64,000 bases of DNA, taken from contig JAUCBJ010003548.1 in the NCBI GenBank assembly GCA_032718475.1, positions 62,001 through 126,000 on the forward strand, given 5' to 3'. A model generated the notes under the pieces. It was not told the DNA's origin. It did no database searches and worked only from the letters and a program-made list of their open reading frames with translations. The DNA is from Nemertoderma westbladi. Its lineage: Eukaryota > Animalia > Xenacoelomorpha. The number at the start of each line of letters is the position of its first letter. Within the stretch, counting starts at the first letter, position 1. The position numbers and the translations under genes are program-made. Shown here in pieces: positions 9,161 to 20,165 of this stretch.

Positions 9161-10363
9161 TCATATGTAATTGAGACGCTTAAACAGAGCAGCACTATTG
9201 AATACAATCATTACGCATTGTATCAGAAAGACGACAAACAAAATAAATAATAAAAATACAACAACAATAGTTTCTGATTTCATCCCTTTTGGGCTAAGAG
9301 GGATCTTCCTATTCTCTCTGTCAGCCACGTTGGAAACGTAATGAGGGAGTAACTTCTTACGTTCATCGTCTGTACAGGATGGTTGATCTCGGTTGGCGAA
9401 ATATACAGACTGCAACATCTCACCCAATGCAGAGTCTATACAATGGACGTTGCTAGGGGAGATCTCTTCGTTGTCAAGTCTCATCCACTCATTCCGCCAT
9501 ATATGGGTGGTGTAATGACCCGTGAACCAATCGTAGTTGCCAAGCAGTTGGAGTTCAGCATCTATCCATGGCGGGTACATCAACTCCGATTCCACAACGT
9601 TTACATGTTCCGGGTTCGACTCAGCCAACTTTCCAAGAATTCCTATCCCACAAGCCCAGCATTCAGGGTCATAGGATTTGTAGGATTCGTAAAATTGTTT
9701 AAGAATAATCGAACCCTTTTCCACTACTAATACCCCGTTAAACACTCGTTCGGTGTTAGGTATATCTCTATTAGCTGTGAAACTGTGATTCCTAAATACG
9801 TCAATCCTTTGGACTCCAAACACATCGCTGTCCACATAAACTCCGCCGAACTCCATAAGAACTCGCAATCTTAGGATATCAGATTGATGTGGTCCCCTGT
9901 TATATTTGTTAGAGAATGGTATACCGAATATATTGTCTGGGGCTTCTATATCCTTAATAATAAGGTTCGGTATGAATTGTTTAATTCGAGTGAACCATGC
10001 AACTGATATTCCATCACTTCCATTAAAATGTTTTCCCATGTTGGTATGAAAATATATGAAATCCGGCTTTAAATTTCTATATACAGATAACATGCAGAGA
10101 TAGTGAAGAAATTCGTATTTATTTCGGTGTAACCAAATATAGTGAACAATGTTTGGAACTTTGTACGTTAAATTGGATAGTTCGATGGCGTTGTAGTTTT
10201 TATCAAGAATCTTATAATTCCACCAATGGAGATTTTTCACATTATTATTTAATAAATATACAGAGTTATGACCATTATAATAATATCCATATAGCAGTGA
10301 TGATGTAATTAAGACAATCAACGATAATAATACAAAGGTTAACCGCATACGTTTCATTTTCAT
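9161..10363 (-). CDS. GT32-family (Gly_transf_sug, DXD) glycosyltransferase, intronless, nested in an LDLa-gene intron
   Basis: N-terminal signal anchor, VPNIVHYIW, SDILRLRVLMEFGGVYVDSD (DXD) and a second hydrophobic helix at the C-terminus. First ATG is at 10363; the ORF track starts at a TTG (10429). Confidence 0.85.
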   Translation of the reverse strand: MKMKRMRLTFVLLSLIVLITSSLLYGYYYNGHNSVYLLNNNVKNLHWWNYKILDKNYNAIELSNLTYKVPNIVHYIWLHRNKYEFLHYLCMLSVYRNLKPDFIYFHTNMGKHFNGSDGISVAWFTRIKQFIPNLIIKDIEAPDNIFGIPFSNKYNRGPHQSDILRLRVLMEFGGVYVDSDVFGVQRIDVFRNHSFTANRDIPNTERVFNGVLVVEKGSIILKQFYESYKSYDPECWACGIGILGKLAESNPEHVNVVESELMYPPWIDAELQLLGNYDWFTGHYTTHIWRNEWMRLDNEEISPSNVHCIDSALGEMLQSVYFANRDQPSCTDDERKKLLPHYVSNVADRENRKIPLSPKGMKSETIVVVFLLFILFVVFLIQCVMIVFNSAALFKRLNYI

Positions 10364-11992
10364 AGTAAATTTTAAAATAAATTTATCAAGTTGAGGGATG
10401 AATGCAGTACAACACAACAGTAATCGCAAAAATAGTAAAAAGTATTAAATTGAAATTGAACATTCAGCTGTCCTCGAATACACTGTCTTAATTCAGGGAC
10501 ACCCACTAAATTCCTATTGTAACTTGATTTTCAGCGACATAACTTGTTCTAAGTTAAACTGGCAACGTGTTTACGCGAAGCAACTTGATCAGCAACATGT
10601 TTTGCTCATCAAGTCGCTGACAAAGTTGCCACTTGAAACCGGCCTTAAAAGTTATAAATCTTATTGAGATCGCATGAAATTAAAACAAATAGAGTTTTGT
10701 AAATCCCACCAATTATTGGAGGTTATTACAATTGATATTTCATCACTCTCCTGTCGAAAAACCTATTTTTATTGACTTATATTTATTGTATTGGCAATGT
10801 TATAATAACTTGCAACTCTAAAATCTATCCCCAAAATGATAATTTCACATAGAGACGAGATATTAATTCGCTGAAGACAAGATTTGCGACCACCCCCCGT
10901 CTATTTTCTTAAACCCTTGTTTCAATAAAGTGCAGTTTTTTTGCAGATTTAGTAAAGGAATGCAAAACTATTTATGTTGCAAATTTCATACGATTTTATT
11001 AAGATTTGTAGAAAGTATATAATATATTTCCTATTAAGTGAACTATACATTTTATAGAAGCCTCGCCGCTGCGATGCTTAGTGATGTAGAGTTCCTGTAA
11101 TAATTGATGTTTCGCACAGAACTATGTTATGTATGGGGGAGTAAATCGATATAGTAGTTGTATATCCCCGCTACTTCTTATTGTATACTGCCGTTGTCCT
11201 ATTGGGGCTATCAACATTTACTTAACGGCGCACCATTGATATACACAACTTAAACCAAGTAAATTTGAATGTGTTCAGTTTAAATGAACTTGTAGGAGCT
11301 GGTTACAGTGGCACGTTATTCTAACCAAACCAATAAACGAAACCCAATAGAACAGGTTACAGTTTTATTTTTTGAGAATAATCAGCTGTTATTTGCGTTG
11401 GATTTCCCCTGGAAAGGGATGAATTTTTATTGCGACGAAAGCCCCCTCCTATCTGTAATTATTACATTATTTTTCGAATTAAATTACTTATTTCCCTAAT
11501 GTAACTCAATGTTGCACGACATCGTGTTTTCCAACACCCCCTGTCGAAGCTATCAGATACTATAAATAAGTTGATAACAGTCCGATAAAGTATTGTAACT
11601 CATCATGCTACTTGTATTTAATTTAAATCCCATAAATCTCAATGATATACTTTCGGCCAATAATGAACGATTGATATTAAAGAAACCCGGAAAGTGTTCA
11701 TTAGAACCATTTCCACACTTTGCTATCCATTTTGTCTTTTAGCTCTCAATTTCTAGACCCCGGACCGGACGCTCTGCAATGTCCAGGGTGTGGGGGATGA
11801 ATATCACTCATTGGTGTATTTTTACGCCACAACCATTAAATTACGGCTATCAGCTAAAAAATAGTTTGTACTAGTACCGCGTGTGGTGTACGTGTTCTCG
11901 AGTTTGAGTACTGTGATTATTAAACAAGAAGAACGAGAACAGAACCAACCCCTCTTCCCCACACCACCACATTCACCTACCCCATCACTTAC

Positions 11993-12123
11993 CTCTACCT
12001 GACACTGCGGGTTCCTTTCATCGTCGCCATCGGGACAATTGCGTACGCCGTTGCATAGCAACCCTAAAGGTATACACCTCCCCCGGTTGCATTCGAATTC
12101 TTCTCGACTGCAGGTAATTAATC
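11993..12123 (-). CDS. LDLa-repeat gene, exon B
   Basis: ttttttag|...|gtaagt, 131 bp, phase 1-0. Encodes (G)LITCSREEFECNRGRCIPLGLLCNGVRNCPDGDDERNPQCQVE. The phase-0 end matches exon C. Confidence 0.9.
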
Positions 12124-12159
12124 CTAAAAAAATAAATAATTGTTCAGATATTATGTAGA

Positions 12160-12790
12160 TGTTGTTGATGAGATTCGTCTCCGAACAGAAATCATCATCA
12201 CGTTGATTATAATCTAAAGCGTTGGTATCACGGACGAGGTGAATGACCCCATATGTACTATATGATCGAAACGCAACTGTTTGGCCAGCCAGTAGCTCCG
12301 ACCAATCAGAGACGAGCTACGACCAATCAGTTCGGATCCTGATTCACATTCCGGGGTATTTAAGGCTTTTTCGCCCTCTTCCAGCGGAAGCCCGTTTTTT
12401 TATATTTTAGCGGCATTTTTAACTATAAATAATATTTCTGCAATTTCTGAACCTCCCTTCACTGTTGTACTTAATAATCTTAAATCTAATTGATATAATA
12501 TACTGTGACCTATAGTTCCGGCAGTTCACTTCAGCCCTTAAAAACTGGAAGAAACACATTTGTGTTTTCAGAATACAATGTTGACTTGGTCCTGTATATA
12601 TTTCGTGGTTGTATTGACTTGGTAAAACCACAAATATGTGTTTACACTTTTATGTCACGAGCTGGTCTAACCATTTTAGAAACTACGTTTCGAGTTGGTA
12701 TGAACACAAATCTGTGTTTTAGTAAGTATTGTCTGACTTGGTGAGATGTTTTTTATGAGTTTTGCGTTTTCTTTGGATATTATAATTATT
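12160..12790 (-). mobile_element. Degenerate Penelope-like retroelement 3' relic with decayed hammerhead motif
   Basis: Minus-strand fragments QVRQYLLKHRFVFIPTRNVVSKMVRPARD and GHSILYQLDLRLL...EIAEILFIVK resemble the PLE linker and GIY-YIG C-terminus. They are followed by TGATGA-tttctg-ttcg-gagac-GAA at about 12164-12203. Confidence 0.4.
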
Positions 12791-12848
12791 TAGATGTTCA
12801 TGTACAAAAATCGTTCTTTTAAAATAAGGAGAAAATGGTTTTTTTAAT

Positions 12849-13161
12849 TGTGGGGCGAGCCACGAAGTGAGCGAAGCCTTAGCATATGGGTGCCATATGC
12901 GAGTTGTCTGTCGTCGTCTGTCGTCGTAAATTTTTGATCGCTAATAACTCGGTTATTCCTTGATGAAATTAAACGAAACTTGGTATGTATGTAGTACGTC
13001 AAAAGTTTAGAAAGAATCTGAAGTTTCGTCAAAAACGAACGAACGCAACGAGGCACAAGAGGGGAGGACGAGTATTGTGTTGAAGACTTCTGTCTAACGG
13101 CAGACAACTCGTTAATGGTACCCATATGCTAAAGGCTTTGCTCACTTCGTGCTGCGCGAAG
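12849..13161 (+). mobile_element. TGT-junction non-autonomous element (Helentron/HINE-like), short copy, 3' end clipped
   Basis: Starts TGTGGGGCGAGCCACGAAGTGAGCGAAGCCTTAGCATATGGG, has a (gtc) microsatellite and ends CCCATATGCTAAAGGCTTTGCTCACTTCGTGCTGCGCGAAG. Near-identical to 34081-34411. Confidence 0.8.
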
Positions 13162-13910
13162 TATTATAGAAGTATTATACATTAAATACAAGATAAACAG
13201 TTTTAATCAGTTAGATAAACAGTTAATCAGAGTCCGAGTTAATGTGGATATCATCTGTCCATAAACTTTTTTCGTATGATAGTTTTCAAAGCAGTCGAGG
13301 AAACATAGTGGCACATTACATCTGAAGCACATGGTAGACACACACTGATATTTAAAAGTAACTATTTATTAACTTAGGCTTAGGAATAAAAGTAGCCATT
13401 TTATTTAAACTCCATATTTCATGAGCAAGTTGCGAAAAATTAATAAATGAGACAGGAGTTAACGGCTATTTTTCATAATATAATAAATGAGAACTATAAA
13501 TAAATAAATAAAAATAAATTAAAATAGTAAATAAATAAATTAAAATAAATTAAAATAGTAAATAAATAATAATAAATTATAATAATAAATTATAATAATA
13601 AATTATAATAATAAATAAATAATAATAAATTAAAATAATAAATTCATTAATAAATAAGTTTCTCCAATTTGATAACATGAATCGAATGAATACCGGAGTA
13701 GAATAGTTTTCCACGTCATAAAAAGTATCCATCCAAATAAAGATGGTAGTTAAAAGAGTAAAATATAGTTATTTTCTTCCACAGTTGGTCTAGCAATCCG
13801 ATGATACTAAAACGAAGTAACGAAAAACCATTTATATTTAAGTTTATGGGGTTTGGGAATATTGCAACCGAAGTCTTGCGATTCAGTTATTATTATACTG
13901 TGAAGCATAC

Positions 13911-15443
13911 CTGTGGGAAAACCTTGAGGTATCGGAAGAAAGCCCATAAGCAGGGCTATGGTGGCCCATGAGTATCACACAAAATACATATTAAATTACA
14001 ACTTCAGAAAAAAATTCATAAAAAAAATAAAAAAAAATAATAAAAAAATTCATAAAAAAAAATAAATATAATAAAAAAAACTTGAGGTGAAAAATTTATA
14101 AACAAATATAGTAAAATAAATATAATAAAAAAAATTTATAAAAAAACATAGTAAATTAAATATAATAAAAAATAAACAAAAAATAAAAAAAAATAAATAA
14201 AAATAAAAAAAAAATAAAAAAATATAATTAAAAAAATATAAAAATTAAATAAAATATAAAAAATATATAAAAAAAAATATATATAATATAATATAAAAAA
14301 AAATTCATAAAAAAAAAAAATTTAGCAAAAAAAATCACTTGTAAAAAAAATACTGTTTGTTAGTGGCCAATCAGTATCAATCCATAGAAATGTATATAAT
14401 CTTACCAGCCAATCAGTATCACTTCCAATTTCCCCGTAGCCCATCGATTTCAAATTATTTTGATGATTATTTCGAATTATTTGATTTTCGATGTCTGTCT
14501 GTATATCTGTCTGTTAATTTGTCCGTTTTTGTAGAATTATTCAGACACTTATATCTCAGTCGTTCGTGGACGGATTCGGTTGAAACTTTGTAAGATGACT
14601 CTGGGTGATGGTGTGCAAGTCAAGAAATGACCGAAATTCCGAAGTTCGATGTCTGTATGTATGTCTGTCTGTTATTTTGTGTCGAATTATTCAGACATTT
14701 ATAACTCAGTCGTTCACGGACAGATTTGGTTGAAATAAAAAAATTATAAATTGTCATATTAGGTCAAACATTATAATGTATACTAATGAACAACAAAATG
14801 ATAAACAAACAATAAATTCTAATAATGAATTGAAATAATAATTATAAGAAATAGAGCACAGTCAAGTTTTCAGATGATTTTTAGTAACACTAACTATTTA
14901 CTTAAACAATTAGTCGGGATTCCGGTAATCTGTTGGGGTTGTCACTCAATAATTCTTAAGAATAACATACAGACAGACATCGAACTTCGGAAATCCGGTT
15001 ATTTCTTGACTTGCACACCATCGCCCAGAGTCATCTTACAAAGTTTCTACCGAATCCGTCCACGAACGACTGAGATAAAAGCGTCAAAATAATTTGAAAT
15101 CGATGGGCCACGGGGAAATTGGAAGTGATACTGATGGGCTGGTACAGATGATATACATTACTATGGATTGATACTGATGGGCCACTTTTTTTTCTTTTTT
15201 TTTATGATTTTTTTTTATTATATATTTTTATTTTTTTTTCATATTTTTTTTTATAAATTTTTTTTATAATATTTATTTTACTATATTTTTTATAATTTTT
15301 TTTATTATATTTATTTTTTTTTATTAAATTTTTTATTATATTTATTTTTTTTATTAATTTTTTTATTATATTCATTTTTTTTATGAATTTTTTTTATTAT
15401 TTTTTTTATTCAAAAATTTTTTTATTCGATTGTTTCCCACCAG
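13911..15443. mobile_element. ~1.5-kb foldback element with A-rich / T-rich outer arms
   Basis: About 14363-14660 is inverted to about 14970-15185. The A-rich tract 13990-14350 is mirrored by the T-rich tract 15186-15425. Ends ctgtgggaaaac / gtttcccaccag. Confidence 0.7.
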
Positions 15444-15744
15444 TTCGCCGTACATCACATAAAACACAAATTTGTGTTCCTACCAAGTCGAAACTAAAGT
15501 AAATGAAGACGCAGACCAGTTTAATTGTTAACGGTAGATGTCGAATAAAACACTCCCACTTGCCACCCGACGGAACGCGAGCACACTCTCATCGCCGGTC
15601 CGCACACAGCTGTTTGTGGAACCAGATTTTCTCGCGCAGCTGTTACCAATTAAAGGTTATGAAAGGTCGCCTTGTTTGCGCAGCTCTGCTGCACGCGGAT
15701 TTGACTGGTAGTATTAATATGTAGTTCCTACTTCCACTGGTCCA

Positions 15745-16235
15745 TATGTGCGAAGACCTAGACTGGGACACTAGTGAGCCAATTATTTAGAGCAGCAGTA
15801 CCAGTACTCAGTACTCCTCTATGGGAGTCCATGCTGGACTCTAACTGTTGAGGACATGGCACATTCACAAGAATGCTACGTCGGGGTCACTGTGTCAAGT
15901 GCAATACACACATCTCCAACCAGACACTATAACATTGGAGGTGTCTCACTGGTTCCCCAAGGTTGACAGTTGAACAAAGCCGCCTCCGCTTTGCAGGACA
16001 TTGCTTTCGCTGTGAGGACCAGCATGTGCACAATCTTGTGCTTTGGAAGATGCATGGAGAAAATAAGTATGGTGGCCAGCCCATGGCTTTCTTGAGACGC
16101 TTCTTAAAGGACACTGGCCTTGAAGATGCGGATAATCTCGCGAAAGTCATGGGGGATAGGGAGTTGTGGCGGTGCAACTTTGTTGATAAGACGGCATAGC
16201 ATTCTTAATGCTCGATGCATGGAGCATGCCAATTG
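15745..16235 (+). mobile_element. RTE-like LINE 3' fragment (degenerate)
   Basis: Homologous to 46396-47094: 'RLRFAGHCFR.EDQ.VHNLVLW...GGQPM.FLRR.LKDTGL'. Confidence 0.8.
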
Positions 16236-16964
16236 TGGTTTGCTTGGTGGTGGAAAAATATTTTTGTTACGCCAGCATAGGATCTCAATATACAGCTTCA
16301 ATACAGCAGTCCGTTTATAGTATAGGCCCATTGAGAACCGTTGATGATGTTAGCAGAACTAGTTGAGTTTCTGATGTTAAATGCTTATAAAATTTTTCAA
16401 GTGGATTGCAAAAAAATTTTAAAATAAAAAAGTATAACTTTTTTTTTCACTATTCTCGAGGTATTTTATTTACAGAGAGCCAGCGAGGTGATTAGCCGTT
16501 TAACCCCACCCCACCCCTACTTCCCAATGTCAAAAATATTGAATAATTTGGAAACTAACTAAATAATTATTAAAGATACAGTAAATATATATTTGGTTAA
16601 ATAATTTGTATTAGCAATTAATGAGAGCCTAATTAAATATTATATACCGGAATACAATTTATAAGAAATAAATAACACGATAAAGCATCAATGACAATAT
16701 TAATATATATCCTGGAATATATAGTGTCTTTATTCAGGTACACCCCCCCCCCACACAAATTGTCCATAAATCTTAAACGAGCTTATATGCAATTTGAAAC
16801 AGTTACATCTCCCTCCTACTAAGTGGGTAGGGTAAAGAAATTTATTATAAGTAAATTAGTATAGTAAATTATTTAATATTAAAAAAGTAAAAGTACAAAA
16901 AAAGGTAAATTTTCTTCGGCCGCTAGGTCAGGGATTACGCACAAAGTCTGACGACTTATTTCCA

Positions 16965-17160
16965 GTGCGGTCCCCCCAGAACTTTACTCCCCAGAGGAAA
17001 CTCCAGTACTCATTTAGCTACCACTTAAGGATGCAAGGCAGAGATGCGCCCTGGCTAGTCCCTTAAAGCATTCGTGCCGAAACGAAAACTGCCCTGGCCC
17101 ATGTGAGGGGACCTACGGGAGATGTGAATTCAATCCAACCACTACACCACGGTGGAACAT
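16965..17160 (-). mobile_element. tRNA-headed SINE, probable Nin/Deu-domain type
   Basis: Minus strand has an A box (ggtgtagtggtt) and the body 'ctgccttgcatccttaagtggtagctaaatgagtactgg', resembling the Deu/Nin core. Related copies at 17325-17440 and 59605-59810. Confidence 0.6.
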
Positions 17161-17184
17161 CAATAATTCGATTCGAATTCGATT

Positions 17185-17290
17185 GATCGATAAATTACTC
17201 GATTGTGTGTCATCGTGGATGATAACCAAACAGTTGCAATTAAATGCAGATAAAACTAAAGTATTACTGGTTGGGACATAAAAACAAACA
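17185..17290 (+). mobile_element. L2/CR1-group reverse transcriptase fragment
   Basis: Translates DKLLDCVSSWMITKQLQLNADKTKVLLVGT*, the typical post-YADD W...L.LN..KT motif. Confidence 0.55.
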
Positions 17291-17324
17291 AGCAAAAAAA
17301 ACTTCAATAAAAATTAAAGAAACT

Positions 17325-17440
17325 TAAAGCATTCGTGGCGAAACGAAAACTGCCCTGGCTCCCATGCGGGGCAGGGATCGAACCCACGACCTCCAGAGAG
17401 ATGTGAATTAAACGCAACCACTACACTAAGGTGGAACTTA
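17325..17440 (-). mobile_element. 5' part of the same tRNA-headed SINE
   Basis: A box (agtgtagtggtt) and B box (ggttcgatccc) on the minus strand; body matches 17065-17100. Confidence 0.6.
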
Positions 17441-17464
17441 ACTTTAAGGGCGAGCCAGTTTATA

Positions 17465-17891
17465 TTTTTATTGTTGTCAATCTTTAGCTACAATCTTTTG
17501 AAGTGTCTCCGACGACATTGCACCAGTGACACCGTAAATATTATCCAACTAGTGACTTATTGGTACTCTACTGTTAGAAAGCTGGCCCTGCAAGAATTCC
17601 AAATATGTAACACAATCTGAATTTCGTTGAAAAATAGCCGAATTATGAGCGCTCGAAAGAATTCGCGATAAAGTTTGAAAGAATGGTTTTGCATCGTAGT
17701 CTCTGGTATTTTCAACGAAATTCAGATGATTGTGTAACATATTTGGAATCATTGCATGGCCAGCTTGCCATAAGTACCAACAAATCACTATATCACTATA
17801 CGGTTGAATTATAACTGCTGTTCAACTGGTGCAATATCACTGGAGACACCTTTTTCAACGACCTGTAGCTACAGATTGAAAGAAAAATAAA
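17465..17891. repeat. Long imperfect inverted repeat (foldback/MITE) just downstream of the P450 stop
   Basis: ttccaaatatgtaacacaatctgaatttcgttgaaaa pairs with ttttcaacgaaattcagatgattgtgtaacatatttggaa, and gtgtctcc..ttgcaccagt pairs with actggtgcaa..ggagacac. Confidence 0.75.
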
Positions 17892-18028
17892 CATTTTCAG
17901 CTGTTTACTAACTAAGGACAAGGGAAGGGAATCTATCTCTGTTTCAAATTTCATGCAATAAAGGCCTACAAATAACAAGGTAAGAGTAAACTAAATGTTA
18001 ATTATAAAACTTCGGAATATTTGGTTGA

Positions 18029-19495
18029 TTAATCAACCCTCGATATGGCTTGTACTTTGTATGCCTTTGGGATCCGTGTGAACCCAGATTGATCGTCTTG
18101 TATGTCGGGAAGTTCACCACTGGCAACCAGATTAAATCGATGGAGTAGATGGCTGCTGAAAATTCTAAACTCCATTTGGGCGAGGCGTTCACCAGCGCAG
18201 ATCCGAGGTCCAACTCCAAACGGAATGAATTCATCTCGCTTTCTTATAGTCGAACCGTCTGCCGATAGGAAATGTTGGGGGAAGAATTCATCGGGTTTCT
18301 CCCACACATTCGGGTCTCTAAGGACGTTCCATAAATTACCGAAAACCCTATCGCTACGATGTATCGAGTAGTTGTTGAATTCTATATCATGGGGAACTCT
18401 ATGAGCAATAGTTGATGGTGCAATAACTCCAAATCTGAGAACCTCTAACAAACAAGCATCGAAATAAGGCATCTTGGAGAAGTCTTCGATGGTAGGAAGT
18501 CTGTCCCTTCCGACGACTTCATCTAATGTTCGCTGACATTTCGTCTGTATGTGTGGATGTGTCACCACGATGAGGATAAACCAGTACAAGGCGCTGGCTG
18601 TTGTTTCGGATCCGGCAAGGAACAGATCTGATATCGAACATTCCAGGTTGATGTCTCTATAGAAACAGGCAGTGTCTGGTTGCCCTAAATCCATCCATTT
18701 CTTCTCCTCTATAATATGGCAATCGATGTAATCTCTCGGCGAATCGTAATCAATGGATTCTCGATGCTCTTTAATAAATTTTCTAAATATTATCAACGTA
18801 TTTTCTCGAAGTTTAAACAGGTTCATATGATCACTGAGGAATATATTTGATAATAATTTTGGAACTCCAAATAAATATGGATTTACCCTGAATTGTTTGT
18901 TTACCATATCAATAAGATGGATAAAAACTTTATCGTCGTAATCGAATCTGTCTGTGAAGACAACGCTGCTGATTACATTGGAGACAGCTCTCCCAACAAT
19001 CTGAAAGGAATCAAATGGCGAGCCATCCAGTTTTTCGATGCAATCATTCATCATACCAGCCTCTTCTATAACTCGCTCTTCGAAACTTTTCTTCCCGAGG
19101 TAGAATTGTCGCAACACCGACATGAATAACTTCCGTTGATGCATCCAAACTTTACCACTCGATGCGATAATACCATCACGGGTTACTACCTGAAACCGAT
19201 CCGAGAATTCGCTGCTTTTATCAACAAATGCTTGTCGCATGACATTAAACGAATTCAGTATAACAATGTCGTGGAATCCAGGAACACGTAAGGATATGAT
19301 CCCGGAATTCAATTGTTTGCCCCACTTCGCTCATGTAACTGATCTATTGAGATTGCGAGAGTTCCACAGGGTGAGAATATTCCCAATAATCGGTAAACCG
19401 GGTGGTGATGGGGGTCTAACGCGTTTAGAACGATTCAACATAACATATATAACGACAATAGAAACAATAAATATCGTTATGCTCATGAAATCCAT
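18029..19495 (-). pseudogene. Clan-2 (CYP2-like) cytochrome P450, intronless, full-length frame with one in-frame TGA (codon 55)
   Basis: ATG at 19495 gives MDFMSITIFIVSIVVIYVML (anchor), RPPSPPGLPIIGN (hinge), then SVT*AKWGKQLNSG. TGA is at 19333-19331 and the frame continues with AGSETT, EVLR, PDEFFPQHF and FGVGPRICAGE intact. 489 codons including the terminal stop. Confidence 0.8.
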
Positions 19496-20165
19496 AACTC
19501 GTTATGGTGTTTATAGAAGTCCTGGTCTAAATATTTTTTGAGTTATTTTCCACAATAAATGTTTTGCTTTTAATTAGAAATTATACCTATTCTAAAATTC
19601 TGAACAGTACCGGTACATAATATGGACCCCAAAACAAAACTCACAAAAAGGTATCTGTGTAGTAAGCTGTTAATCAAGTCACTGCCGGGGCTGGGGGGGT
19701 TTCATTAGATACAGGAGTAGTAGGTTTGGCTGATGGCTGGACCTAAGGGGGGGGGGGGGCAAGTCATACATAAATAACAAAGACTCATCAGCGAACGGTT
19801 ATGGTATGATTACAGGAGTGGCAGCCTAAACCGCCCTACGGGCAGGTAATTCCACAAAGCTACGGGGATACATAACAGTTTAAATTTTGGTTTGGGCCTA
19901 GCCATGGCATAGGCACAGGACTAAACTATTGATAAAACAAAATTTTATACTGTAGGCCTACTACTATTAATATTAATCAGGTATCAATTTAATGTGCAGA
20001 AAATTTGTAGTGGTTACACAATACTGGAATATTCAGTTATGTCGGGTCTTTTTCCAAGAAATTCGACAATCCAATTCAATCTTTAATCAATGCAAAGAAA
20101 GGCATTACTAATAACGTTAGATAAGTTGGATTAAACAAATATCATAGGCTAAAGAACGATTTAAC

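Noticed and set aside
11590-11760. Minus-strand peptide RSLLAESISLRFMGFKLN resembling a Penelope endonuclease C-terminus
   Set aside because: Too short and degenerate to call without a profile search.
12300-12366. Two CCAAT boxes plus TATTTAA suggesting a + strand promoter
   Set aside because: No downstream gene, and it lies within the putative Penelope-like relic.
19331-19333. Selenocysteine codon in the P450
   Set aside because: Not a catalytic or Cys-homologous position and no SECIS was recognised; kept only as a remote alternative.
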